Assembly: GCA_963810275.1 (NCBI GenBank)
Contig: CAWENF010000015.1
Location: 1-48,843 of the forward strand
Source of the DNA: an uncultured archaeon
GTDB lineage: Archaea; Thermoproteota; Bathyarchaeia; Bathyarchaeales; Bathycorpusculaceae
Direction: 5' to 3'
Length of the DNA: 48,843 nt
Below are positions 39,066 through 48,843 of the stretch, in pieces (the first letter of the stretch is position 1; each line of letters begins with the position of its first letter). Below the pieces are notes generated by a model. That model was not told the DNA's origin, made no database searches, and was given only the letters and a program-made list of their open reading frames with translations. A program made the position numbers and the translations under genes.

Positions 39066-39893
39066 ATGAACCAAACTGACTGGCAACAAATTCTCCTAGA
39101 AATCAAAGCTAACGTGCAAGCTGCCATCAAACCCTGCCTCCAAAATATAGGTATGTCGCAACCCAGCTTGGGCATGAACGCGGGCGGCGACATTATGAAA
39201 CCAGTTGACTTAGCCGCGGAAACCTCAATAGTTGACACCATCACCTCGCACGGCATCTCCTTTACGCTGATAAGTGAGGAGTCAGGCCTAAAAAAATACG
39301 GTGTAAACCCAGATGGCTGCTACGTAACCGCTGACCCCATCGACGGCACCACAAACCTCGTCCATGGTATCCCCTTCTACGCTACCTCCGTAGCCGTCTC
39401 CTCAGAGCCCACGTTGGGCAGTGTTTACGCTGGACTGGTGGCGGATTTACCCCGAGATGCTGCCTACACCGCCATAAAGGGTGCTGGCGCGTTTTTGAAT
39501 GGCAAAAAAATCGTTGCTTCCCCTGTTACCTCGCTGGACGAGGCGTTGGTTGGACTTGATATTAATAGCTATAACGGCAAATTTGTCCTAGAAAACGTCT
39601 ACTCTATAGTTAAGAAAACCAGGCATATCCGCCACTTCGGAGCCAACGCTTTGGAAATATGCTATGTCGCCGAGGGCTTAACCGACGCCTTCATAGACTT
39701 GCGTAGGAAAATCCGAACCACCGACGTAGCCGCTGGTTTTCTCATAGCCAAAGAAGCAGGCGCAACCATAACCGACTCTGCTAACCAATCCATAGACGTG
39801 CCGCTTGATCCGAAGCAAACCCTGAGTTTCATCGCTTCAGGTAACAAGCAAATCCACAGCCAAATCCTAAGTATGGTATCCGCAGATGTTTAG
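39066..39893 (+). CDS. Bifunctional inositol monophosphatase / fructose-1,6-bisphosphatase family protein
   Basis: D..AE, SEE, DPIDGTTN, R.FGA.ALE, DVAAG.LIA.EAG. Confidence 0.92.
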   Translation: MNQTDWQQILLEIKANVQAAIKPCLQNIGMSQPSLGMNAGGDIMKPVDLAAETSIVDTITSHGISFTLISEESGLKKYGVNPDGCYVTADPIDGTTNLVHGIPFYATSVAVSSEPTLGSVYAGLVADLPRDAAYTAIKGAGAFLNGKKIVASPVTSLDEALVGLDINSYNGKFVLENVYSIVKKTRHIRHFGANALEICYVAEGLTDAFIDLRRKIRTTDVAAGFLIAKEAGATITDSANQSIDVPLDPKQTLSFIASGNKQIHSQILSMVSADV

Positions 39894-40728
39894 CCTGCTA
39901 CTGCCGCACCCAGTCGCCATGGCAAAAAAAGGTCAAACCAAAACAATGCTTATTGCTGACCCTCACATCGGCTGGGAAATTGAACTACAAGACAAAGGCA
40001 TCCACGTACCCAGTCAAACTAGCAAACTACTATGCAAGCTTTCAGCAGTTATCGACGTGTACAAGCCTGATGCTCTGGTGATTCTGGGCGACGTCAAGTA
40101 CACTGTTGTTTCAAGCGAACGCGGTGAATGGCGTGATGTCCCCGAGTTTTTCAACAAACTCCAAGAAAAAGTCGCCAAGATCACCATAGTCCGCGGCAAC
40201 CACGACGCCAACCTCGAGCCGCTACTACCCGAAAAAATTGACATGCTGCCTGCAACAGGTGCGGTATTCGGTGATGTGGGCGTTTTTCATGGGCACAAGT
40301 GGCCTTCGCCTGAGCTTTTGGGCTGCAAAACATTAGTTATGGGACATTTACATCCGGTGGTGGTTTTCCGTGACCCAACGGGCTGTAGGATGACGCGGCA
40401 GGTTTGGATGCGTTTGGTGATTGATAGTGGGAAGTTGGCTAAGATTCTATTGCAGAAAAGCAAAATTAAAATTCAAGGTTCAGTTGCGGAAACATTACAA
40501 AAGTGTTTCGGCGTTAAATTAGCCGCAAAAGAACTCTACATAATGCCCAGCTTCAATGATTTCTTGGGTGGCAGACCAATAAACGAAACCCGATGCAAAA
40601 ATGAATTTGGTGCAGAAGCGCTGATTGGACCCGTGCTTCGGTCGGAATCTGTCAATGTAGCTGAATCTGAGCTTTACTTACTAGATGGCACCTATTTGGG
40701 TACCCTTAATCAGTTAAGAAACCTGTAA
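39886..40728 (+). CDS. Calcineurin-like metallophosphoesterase
   Basis: ADPH, LGD, GNHD, HGH, GHLHP, MPSFN. Confidence 0.9.
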   Translation: MFSLLLPHPVAMAKKGQTKTMLIADPHIGWEIELQDKGIHVPSQTSKLLCKLSAVIDVYKPDALVILGDVKYTVVSSERGEWRDVPEFFNKLQEKVAKITIVRGNHDANLEPLLPEKIDMLPATGAVFGDVGVFHGHKWPSPELLGCKTLVMGHLHPVVVFRDPTGCRMTRQVWMRLVIDSGKLAKILLQKSKIKIQGSVAETLQKCFGVKLAAKELYIMPSFNDFLGGRPINETRCKNEFGAEALIGPVLRSESVNVAESELYLLDGTYLGTLNQLRNL

Positions 40729-40903
40729 TTCTGAATCAGAATTAGCGTTTGGTCAAATACTGGGCGCAACTCCTGAGGTTTTAGTGGTTGAATGATTGTT
40801 CTTGCTTTTTTGTTGTTCTTTTAAAGCTTAGTTGGTTGCTGGGCTAACTCTTATATTTGCCACATATTATATGGCTAACATAGTTAAGGGAGAGAAATGC
40901 AAA

Positions 40904-41059
40904 ATGAAGTTAGTAACCGTCTTATTGCCAGAAGCCTATCTGGAAGGTCTCGATGAACTCGTCCGAGCCAACATGTACCCGAGCAGAAGTAGCGTTATCC
41001 GAAGTTCGGTTCGTGACCTGCTAAAGAAGGAACTCTGGGAAAACAAGCGCGGTAGATAA
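40904..41059 (+). CDS. Ribbon-helix-helix (CopG/CdrS-like) regulator
   Basis: MKLVTVLLPEAYLEGLDELV...YPSRSSVIRSSVRDLL. Start set to ATG 40904. Confidence 0.88.
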   Translation: MKLVTVLLPEAYLEGLDELVRANMYPSRSSVIRSSVRDLLKKELWENKRGR

Positions 41060-41065
41060 AACGCC

Positions 41066-41833
41066 CTACGCGTCCTTTATAGCGTAAAGAATACTCTTTG
41101 CGGCTTCCGCCGGGTTAGGGGACATAGTGATTTCTCTGCCGACAATTAAGTAGTTAGAACCCGCCCGCATAGCCGTAGCGGCCCCTCCGCCCTGAGCGCC
41201 CACGCCTGGAGAGTAAATCGCCACTTTATCACCCAAAATCTTTCTGATTTCAGCGATTTTATCGGGAACAGTAGCGCCCACTACAACGCCATCTGCACCC
41301 CAGTGCAATGCTTTTCTGGCAAATGACACGTACTGAGGGGTGAGCGTACCTGTGATGGGGTCTATGACGGTTTGCCCATAGCCTTCCGTTGCACCTTTGT
41401 GGCTCATATACGTTAGCAGTATGACACCTCGGTTAAGGTGCTTAGCCACATCAAAGAGCGGTTTTAAGCCTTCTTCCCAGCCTACAAAGGGGTTAGCAAT
41501 GATGGCGTCAAAACCCGCTGAGTAGTAGTATTCGGCTATGGTTTGGTTGGTTGCGCCGATGTCGTTTACTTTTGCGTCCATAATCGCCAGCAAACCTTGC
41601 CCGCGGATTTGCTCGACAAGGCACTGAACGCCATCAAAGGTGCCCAGCGGCAGAGTGAGGTGGTGGTTGATTTTCACTGCAGCTATGTATGGGTGGACAG
41701 CTTTTAGGATACGTTGTGCCTTTATGAGAATATTGTTGCGGTTCTCTGCGGGTTCAAAAGGGAAATCAAGTGCGAGAATCAGTGGGGATTGTTTGCTTTT
41801 GGCTGCTTCCTGCATTTTACCTTTAAACGACAA
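41066..41833 (-). CDS. pyrF: Orotidine 5'-phosphate decarboxylase
   Basis: LALD, DAKVNDIGAT, MSH, VVGAT, SPGVGAQGG, IVGR. Confidence 0.95.
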   Translation of the reverse strand: MSFKGKMQEAAKSKQSPLILALDFPFEPAENRNNILIKAQRILKAVHPYIAAVKINHHLTLPLGTFDGVQCLVEQIRGQGLLAIMDAKVNDIGATNQTIAEYYYSAGFDAIIANPFVGWEEGLKPLFDVAKHLNRGVILLTYMSHKGATEGYGQTVIDPITGTLTPQYVSFARKALHWGADGVVVGATVPDKIAEIRKILGDKVAIYSPGVGAQGGGAATAMRAGSNYLIVGREITMSPNPAEAAKSILYAIKDA

Positions 41834-41985
41834 CTGTCTGGTGCCTCTCTTCTAAATTATTCGGTTTTACTAGTGCCTTCTATCATCATTTTAGGATTTA
41901 AACCTTCAATATTCATGCGAACCTTAAAATTTCTCTCCGACCAACAATCAATAGAAGCAGTTAAGCTCACAAAGAGGAAAATGTT

Positions 41986-43944
41986 ATGGCGAAGCACACC
42001 TTAGCTCAGAAAATTATTGAGAAACACCTTGTCAGCGGCAAAATGGCAGCAGGAGAAGAAATTGCTCTAAAAATCGACCACACCCTAACTCAAGACTCTA
42101 CGGGAACTATGGCGTACCTCGAATTCGAGGCTATGGGCGTTCCCAAAGTTAAAACTGAGCTTAGCATAAGCTTTGTCGATCACAACATGCTTCAAAACGA
42201 CTTCCGAAACGCAGACGACCATCGCTACCTCCAAGGTGTGGCTGCTAAATACGGCATAGTGTTTAGCCGACCTGGAAATGGTATCTGCCATCAACTATAT
42301 CTTGAACGCTTTGCACGCCCAGGTAGAACGCTTCTTGGAAGCGACAGCCATACTCCAACTGCGGGCGGCATGGGCATGATAGCCATTGGTGCAGGCGGAC
42401 TTGACGTTGCAGCAGCAATGGCGGGCGAACCCTTCTACCTCACGATGCCCAAAATCGTTGGCATCAGACTCACAGGAAAACTCCAGCCCTTCGTCTCAGC
42501 TAAAGATCTCATCCTAAAAGTGCTTCAAATGCTTACAGTCAAAGGTGGCGTGAATAAAATTCTCGAATACTTCGGTCCTGGCGTAGAAACGCTTAGTGTT
42601 CCCGAGCGGGGAACCATCACCAACATGGGCACGGAAACAGGATGCACTACCAGCATCTTCCCCTCCGACAACGTAACTAAACAGTTCTTACAGGCACAGA
42701 ACCGAGTGGAGATGTGGTTTGAACTAAAAGCTGACCCAGACGTCGAATATGATGAAGTCATTGAAATCGATCTTTCTATTCTAGAACCTCTGATTGCATT
42801 ACCACACAGTCCCGATGCAGTTAAAACCGTATCCGAACTCGAAGGCACCCAAGTGGACCAAGTCTGTATCGGCAGCTGCACCAACAGCTCGCTTCGCGAC
42901 CTGAAAATCGTCTCAGCGCTGCTCAGAGGTAAAAAGGTCAGCGCACACACTAGCTTAACCGTCTCGGCAGGTTCACGCCAAGTAATGCTGAACTTGGCGG
43001 AAGCAGGCGAAATCGAACCATTCATCCAATCCGGCGCACGCCTCTTAGAGAACGCTTGTGGTCCCTGCATTGGCATCGGGCAAGCTCCCAACAGCGCCGC
43101 TGTTTCACTGCGGACTTTCAATCGCAACTTTAAAGGGCGCAGCGGCACGCAGGACGCCCAAATCTATCTTGTCAGCCCAGAAACTGCCGCAGCTGCAGCG
43201 CTCACCGGTAAAATTACTGACCCACGTAAACTCGGCGCCTTCCCAGACATCAAAATGCCAGAAAAGTTCTTGCTAAGCGATGCCATGTTCATCTTGCCAA
43301 GTTTCTGTGAGGAAACTAAAGTGCCTATGGGACCCAACATTAAGCCCCTCCCAGACTTCCCCCCATTGCCCGAGATGTTAAGCGGAGAAGTTCTGCTAAA
43401 GGCCGGCGACAACATCACCACCGACGATATCATACCTGGTGGCAGCCAAATAATGTCGCTACGCAGCAACATACCCGAAATCAGTACCTATACCTTCTGT
43501 CATGTCGACAAAACCTTCGCAGCACGCGCACTGGAAAAAGGCGGCGGGTTTATTGTGGGTGGTGAAAACTACGGGCAGGGTTCATCCCGTGAACATGCCG
43601 CGCTTGCACCCAAATACCTCGGTGTGAAAGCCATAATTGCCAAATCTTTCGCCAGAATTCACATGGCTAACCTAGTCAATTTCGGCATCCTACCCCTAAC
43701 ATTCGCCAACAAAGCGGACTATGATAAAATCGGGTTGGGTGACGTTTTAGAATTGGCGGTTGACAGCTTAAAAGAACGCCTCGTAGTGATAAACAAGACT
43801 AAGCGTATTGAAATCCCAGTAAACCTCAACATAACGGGGGTGGAGAGGGAGCAGTTGCAGGCAGGCGGCAAGCTGTCGCTTATCAAAGCCAAACAACATC
43901 CAGAAAGCTGCCCAGCGGATCATCCTCGGGCATGCCTGTCCTAG
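41986..43944 (+). CDS. Aconitate hydratase (single-chain type, about 650 aa)
   Basis: QD.TG, DHN, GICHQ, DSHT, IGSCTN, CGPCIG, TFNRNF, NYGQGSSRE. Confidence 0.93.
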   Translation: MAKHTLAQKIIEKHLVSGKMAAGEEIALKIDHTLTQDSTGTMAYLEFEAMGVPKVKTELSISFVDHNMLQNDFRNADDHRYLQGVAAKYGIVFSRPGNGICHQLYLERFARPGRTLLGSDSHTPTAGGMGMIAIGAGGLDVAAAMAGEPFYLTMPKIVGIRLTGKLQPFVSAKDLILKVLQMLTVKGGVNKILEYFGPGVETLSVPERGTITNMGTETGCTTSIFPSDNVTKQFLQAQNRVEMWFELKADPDVEYDEVIEIDLSILEPLIALPHSPDAVKTVSELEGTQVDQVCIGSCTNSSLRDLKIVSALLRGKKVSAHTSLTVSAGSRQVMLNLAEAGEIEPFIQSGARLLENACGPCIGIGQAPNSAAVSLRTFNRNFKGRSGTQDAQIYLVSPETAAAAALTGKITDPRKLGAFPDIKMPEKFLLSDAMFILPSFCEETKVPMGPNIKPLPDFPPLPEMLSGEVLLKAGDNITTDDIIPGGSQIMSLRSNIPEISTYTFCHVDKTFAARALEKGGGFIVGGENYGQGSSREHAALAPKYLGVKAIIAKSFARIHMANLVNFGILPLTFANKADYDKIGLGDVLELAVDSLKERLVVINKTKRIEIPVNLNITGVEREQLQAGGKLSLIKAKQHPESCPADHPRACLS

Positions 43945-44153
43945 CCTTTTTTATCTTTTTAGGTCAAACTGTTTTTATTCAGATGAGTCATTTTCGGCGT
44001 CTGAGGTGCAAAATTTGTCAGGGTTTTTCGCTTGCCGTTTTAAGTATGCTAAATATTGTTCTGGTGTCATGTCTTTATGGAACTTTTTAACCTTAATATC
44101 TTATCACCAATGATGCTTCACGAAAAGAAAGGGAAACTGACTAAGAAGGTTTC

Positions 44154-44837
44154 TTAGACGTCCCATACGTTAGTGTTAACTAACGTCCAAACTACTTCTT
44201 CGTTGCGTTCGGGGTTGTTGAACGCTTGGAAGTTCTCCAGCGAAACCAACATGCCTGTCGCTCTATCAAAGTAGATGTTTCTGTAGTCATACATCAATGT
44301 GCTCCCTGTGGGGTCGAGTCTGTCTTGGAATGGGTTATTTATGAACCAGAAATTGGTGTCGCGTTCTCCGCTTGCATATGGTCGGCTGAATGTATTGTTG
44401 ACTCTTGTTTCGTCGTGACCGTTGGGCCGTAGTAAGTCACCTATGTTAAGGTTCGCAGGATAAATAGCCCAGAAAACCAAGTTTTCTTTCCCAGTTGCGA
44501 CATCAAAGTTTTCGTCATATGTTAGTTCGGTTCCGTTTAGGAAACGCCACACTGAGTGTGTAGTGACATTTGTGCCTGCTACGTCAGTTATTGTGACTTT
44601 GAAGTAATCGGTTTGGTTATATCTTTCAAAACCCTCCGAGGGCACTGCGTTTTCGGCAACTAAGTCCACGTTACCTTTTATGCTATAGGTGAATGTGTCG
44701 CCTGCCTTCAAACCTACCGTTGGAGGTTCAGGTGCAGAGAGAACCGCCCATACAGCAGTTCCTGCGGCAACGATTAAAATGATTGCTAAGAGCAGCGCTA
44801 AGTAGGCTTTTGTATGGCTTTTTTTGACGTAGGTCAT
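44154..44837 (-). CDS. Exported protein with N-terminal membrane anchor
   Basis: Basic N-terminus plus hydrophobic helix, then VGLKAGDTFTY...YFDRATGMLV...LVNTNVW. Confidence 0.8.
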   Translation of the reverse strand: MTYVKKSHTKAYLALLLAIILIVAAGTAVWAVLSAPEPPTVGLKAGDTFTYSIKGNVDLVAENAVPSEGFERYNQTDYFKVTITDVAGTNVTTHSVWRFLNGTELTYDENFDVATGKENLVFWAIYPANLNIGDLLRPNGHDETRVNNTFSRPYASGERDTNFWFINNPFQDRLDPTGSTLMYDYRNIYFDRATGMLVSLENFQAFNNPERNEEVVWTLVNTNVWDV

Positions 44838-44909
44838 AGCAATGGATTTGATATCCGCCTATTTAGTTGTTTTCCCAAAAACAACTGTTTACACAATTTT
44901 TCTTTCTTA

Positions 44910-45139
44910 TGGTATCAGCGGCAAATACTCGCTTTACGCATCGTTTATAGGCGTCAACGGATACTGCCGTCAAACAAAGAAAAAACCTTTAACATCATAG
45001 GCGCGCAGCACCTCCTGCTCAAGAACCCACGCAACCTCCATCCGTAGCAAACACATACTTTATGCCCGCATTCGCTGGTTTATTTGCAGCCATCATTTTG
45101 GTCATAGTGCTTATGTTTATGCTGCTTAGAAAGAAATAG
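44910..45139 (+). pseudogene. 3' remnant of a C-terminally anchored surface-protein gene
   Basis: GKYSLYASFIGVNGY, then after frameshifts APPAQEPTQPPSVANTYFMPAFAGLFAAIILVIVLMFMLLRKK-stop and a T-rich terminator. No 5' part is present. Confidence 0.55.
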
Positions 45140-45407
45140 TTTTTAGAGATAGATCTCCTATCTCTTCTCCTTTTTCTTATAATTTCGTTTTGCGCCCAAA
45201 ATGATAGCGCAGGGGTGGATTCTAACCTTGTGCCGAGATAGTGTTACTTATTTTACTGTTTGAAAGTGCAAAAGTGTTTTACATATAAGCTCTCCAAAAA
45301 TCTTGCCGGATACCATTTTTTGTATAACTTTCTTGACAAAAGATAGTCAATAAACCTTGACCAAAATGCTTTTAACAATACATTAGGAAAATTACCACAG
45401 ATTAACG

Positions 45408-46943
45408 ATGATTCAGAAACCTCGCAAAATTTCATCGATTACATTTCTTATAATCTGCTTGGTGTCTATTTGTTTATTTTTTCCAAACATTTTAGCAACT
45501 GAGATTGCAGATTTCCAAGAAAATATTCCGCCGTTTTTCCAAGATAGCTTTGATGACAATATTTACAATTCTACCACATGGGAAAAAATTGAAGTAAACG
45601 GAGGAAAAGTCACAGAGAATAATGGTCAGCTGCAAGTAACTGGACCCTACAGTGATTTGAGTTGGGCGGATTGGTATTGGAGTCAAGCAGGCTACGTAAC
45701 AAGATATTCCTTTGATGCCAACTGGACGGGTGAATCTGGGGAGGGTTTTGAAGCTTCAGTCAATGTCGTAGACCATGAGGAGGTTTCCGAGATGGTTCTT
45801 CTTGTAAGTGATGAAAAAATTACTGATCGTGATCCAGTAAATGCAACTAACTGGTACATGATTAACAAAGTGCTTCACACAAAATATCCATTTGAAAACT
45901 TGACCAGGGTTGTAAGTAGAATTGATGGAAATGTTTCATGGTTAGTTGAGGCGCCTTGGTTATCCTCTACCGGTGAACTAAAGATTAGGGTATCGGATGG
46001 ATTGATCGCTTTCTTTGAGAATGGGCTGTTTCGTCACTCTGAACCTTTTTCTTTTAACTCAACTCAATGCTATATCTATGTTTATACTAGCAAATGGGGG
46101 CAATATTCGGGTACTGGCTGCTTTGACGATTTCTTAGTTCAAAGTGTTCGAATTTACCCAGATTCAACTCGGACTCCAAACCCTACAGGATTGCCGACAC
46201 CAACCACTAAGCCTTCTCCAACACTAAGATCAGTTCCAACCCTTGACTTTATTTGCACTAGTACTACTACAATAAATGATTTTGAAGTACAAATCACTGG
46301 TTCACTGACATACAACTGCAACTCCTTAGCAGACCAACCGATTCTAATATCCTATAGCGTTACCAACGGACAGACATGGCAAAGCCTTACTTGTGTTAAA
46401 ACACAATTGGATGGTAGTTTTGCGGCGATTTGGAAGCCCCACGTTACAGGCAACTATTTGCTAAAGGCAACTTTTGAAGCAACACCCGAATTAGCCGACA
46501 TCTCAAAGATAATTACTTTAGTACTAAGTCCTGATTTGCAGGAGAACATCTTTACACTATCCTCAAACTCTACCATGACAAGATTTGGCTACAACATGGA
46601 AGATAAAACCTTAACCTTTACTGCAGAAGGTCCAACAGGAACACATGGCTATGTAAACATTGAAATCCCCAAAACCGTGCTAAACGAAGTCTCCGACCTA
46701 AAAGTCTACTTAGACAACAGCGAAATGGTTTACAGTAGTACCTCAGCAAAGGAAAGCTGGTTGATATTCTTCACCTATCCTCATAGTTCTCATGAGGTCA
46801 CTTTAGCGTTGGGATCTGGAGCAATTAATCCTTCTGAAGAACAATATGAACCTAAAGATGCAACGATTTTAATTTTAATATCAACCATATTAGTAGTTCT
46901 CGCAGTTGTGGTTACAATCGCCTATAAGTATAAAACAAAATAA
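45408..46943 (+). CDS. Multidomain cell-surface protein
   Basis: Signal peptide, Trp-rich beta domain (FQDSFDD...FDDF), PT-rich linker, Ig-like domain, C-terminal TM with basic tail. Confidence 0.85.
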   Translation: MIQKPRKISSITFLIICLVSICLFFPNILATEIADFQENIPPFFQDSFDDNIYNSTTWEKIEVNGGKVTENNGQLQVTGPYSDLSWADWYWSQAGYVTRYSFDANWTGESGEGFEASVNVVDHEEVSEMVLLVSDEKITDRDPVNATNWYMINKVLHTKYPFENLTRVVSRIDGNVSWLVEAPWLSSTGELKIRVSDGLIAFFENGLFRHSEPFSFNSTQCYIYVYTSKWGQYSGTGCFDDFLVQSVRIYPDSTRTPNPTGLPTPTTKPSPTLRSVPTLDFICTSTTTINDFEVQITGSLTYNCNSLADQPILISYSVTNGQTWQSLTCVKTQLDGSFAAIWKPHVTGNYLLKATFEATPELADISKIITLVLSPDLQENIFTLSSNSTMTRFGYNMEDKTLTFTAEGPTGTHGYVNIEIPKTVLNEVSDLKVYLDNSEMVYSSTSAKESWLIFFTYPHSSHEVTLALGSGAINPSEEQYEPKDATILILISTILVVLAVVVTIAYKYKTK

Positions 46944-47251
46944 TCAGCTCCAAAACTCAAATATTGCTTTGTTTCTCAAATAGATAAATGAGGTTCAAAA
47001 AATGTTAACCTCTTTATTAGTCATAGGCTTCCTCTCCGCTTTTGAAAGATTTTGAAAAACATATTTTATTTTTACCTTAAAGTGTATTTAATCAATTTGG
47101 TAAAGTTACACTTAGTAATTTATCTTAATGTGCGATTAACTATCGATAAGCCGTGCGAAAGAAACGGCAATTTTTGAATCAACCCAAAACGTCGTAACTA
47201 TGCAAAGTGTTATAAGCAATATGATAAAGAAACGATTCTGGGGGAGTAAAA

Positions 47252-48202
47252 ATAAAAAAAATTTTAACTTTAAGTCTAATTCTCTTGTTAGCTTCCGTCT
47301 ATTTAGTTTCCACTCCAGTATCCGTCAAAGCGGTAGGGGAAGGTCAATGGATTACAAGCTACACCATTATTGATAACAATTCACAACAAGTTTTAGCTCA
47401 GTATGATTCTAGCACTGGCCTGAATCAGACATTTTCGCCAATTGTACCTGGTTCAGATATAAAAGTCACATTCACAGTTAATGTATTTACAGCTGGGTCG
47501 GGTAACCTTAAACTTCAAACCAGCATGCAAAAGTTGCTTAGTGACAGATACTGGGAACTTGAAACTCAAAACTACACCTTAGGCAACGATTTTAATCCAA
47601 ACGCCAATCCAGCTCAATTCGGATGGACAGTGGGCACCTTCTCCATGTCAGTATATGGCAAAATCCCAACTACTACCTCCCAGACTGGAGCACCGCTAAA
47701 CCTAGTAAGCTTGTATGGCCCAACTGGCGGTGTTGCAATCGACCAAATATCAGTTACCGCAACAACAGCTTTAATGACACAATTCCAAACACTATATGAC
47801 CAAAAAGAAGCACATCTACAATCACTTCAATCTTCAGGGGTAGCACAAGGCTATATCGACATATACACCAATGTTCTTAACGCATCCAAAGCAATTGCTA
47901 ACACAGGCGAGGTAAGTAACGCCATCGACCTGCTCAACGGATTGACAACAACAAACGAGCCAATGTCTTCAACAGCGCAAATGATCTACATTCCCCTCGT
48001 AATAGTCTTAGCCGCAATAGCCGCTCTGTTTGTAGTGTTCTTTCTAAGAATCCGAGGCAAAGTAAGCTATTTCCAACTTGTAGTAGAGGACCAAATCAAA
48101 GACTTAGAAGGTCTAACACTTAGAGCCTCAAAAATCGACAGATCCATGTCATCTAACCTAGAATCAATCAAAGACAGACTAAAAAGACTAGTCGGGACGT
48201 GA
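47252..48202 (+). CDS. Single-pass surface protein with a cytoplasmic helical tail (putative ATA start)
   Basis: Signal peptide (I)KKILTLSLILLLASVYLVSTPVSVKA, extracellular domain, TM, tail VVEDQIKDLEGLTLRASKID...LKRLVG. Confidence 0.85.
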   Translation: MKKILTLSLILLLASVYLVSTPVSVKAVGEGQWITSYTIIDNNSQQVLAQYDSSTGLNQTFSPIVPGSDIKVTFTVNVFTAGSGNLKLQTSMQKLLSDRYWELETQNYTLGNDFNPNANPAQFGWTVGTFSMSVYGKIPTTTSQTGAPLNLVSLYGPTGGVAIDQISVTATTALMTQFQTLYDQKEAHLQSLQSSGVAQGYIDIYTNVLNASKAIANTGEVSNAIDLLNGLTTTNEPMSSTAQMIYIPLVIVLAAIAALFVVFFLRIRGKVSYFQLVVEDQIKDLEGLTLRASKIDRSMSSNLESIKDRLKRLVGT

Positions 48203-48209
48203 AAGCATA

Positions 48210-48843
48210 TTGCGAATATACCAAAATAGCGTACAACTAATCGGACTAGGATCAGCAGGCACAAACATAGTCGAAGCCTTCCTGACAAACCAAAAAACCA
48301 AAGACCTACTATCCAACGACATAACCCGCCTTTCTCTTCTAGCCGTCGACATAGCCGATCCAGAAATCCGAAGCCTTTTAGAAGCAAATGAACAAATCCA
48401 AAAATCATTGATAAGAGCACGTATACCCGCCGAAAGAATACGTCTAATCGCCCAATCCGTAAAATTCCCAACAGCAGAAGCAATGTTCGATTTTATCAAC
48501 CAAAAATACTCTGAATACATCATAGGGGAAGGAGCAAAACTCAAAAACTTCAATCCATGGCTGCAATCTACCATGGCTATCCCCCCCCATGGCAGGAGGC
48601 GCTGGAAGAAGAAGAGATTTAGAAAAGCAATCTACCCCTAAACCTACTACCAGCTTGGAATAATCAAAAAACGCCATCAACTCCTTCAAAGAACAAGCTT
48701 TGTCCTCAATAATTACACCCACCGTGATCTTAGTCTACGGCTTAGGAGGAGGAACGGGAAGCGGAGTTTTCTTCGACTTCGCAAAACACCTAAGAAAAGT
48801 CTTAGGCTTAGGTGTACCAATTATAGCGCTAGTAATTACACCC
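48210..48843 (+). CDS. Divergent tubulin/FtsZ-superfamily GTPase, frameshifted and truncated by the window end
   Basis: T1-like LIGLGSAGTNIV, T3-like AGGAGRRR and T4 signature GLGGGTGSG (GGGTGSG at 48745-48765). Apparent indels between about 48581 and 48650. Confidence 0.85.

Noticed and set aside
1-48843. CRISPR arrays, IS/transposases, integrases, rRNA, and the many antisense ORFs in the track
   Set aside because: No repeat-spacer periodicity or mobile-element motifs were seen. The antisense ORFs are shadows of well-supported genes on the other strand.

Overview
Archaeal chromosomal segment, most consistent with Bathyarchaeia (TACK), inferred from gene content and the style of the small surface proteins. 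Most of it is housekeeping: the DUF2110-HD-tfe-trm56-hflX-mbf1 cluster, PUA protein, NAC, thrS, ilvE, proS, rtcA, trm5, glmS, FEN1, Zn-finger-EF1beta-cdc48, IMPase/FBPase, pyrF, aconitase and tRNA-Val(TAC). Accessory genes include a B12 radical SAM enzyme, a fluoride-riboswitch-controlled crcB/DUF190 pair, a PadR-ABC exporter, exported or membrane-anchored proteins and several decayed genes. Single-base indels break some conserved genes (glmS, an aminotransferase, a tubulin-like gene), which suggests consensus errors. The most notable observations are: a divergent tubulin/FtsZ-like GTPase coupled to a single-pass surface protein at the right edge; three genes that appear to start at ACG or ATA behind good Shine-Dalgarno (SD) motifs; an orphan arcadin-1; a membrane-tethered wHTH regulator with a secreted partner and a phased operator; a fluoride riboswitch with an internal 12-nt duplication; and a 40-bp exact repeat across the two Walker A motifs of cdc48. 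No CRISPR array, transposase or integrase was seen. Family calls come from motif recognition, not database searches.
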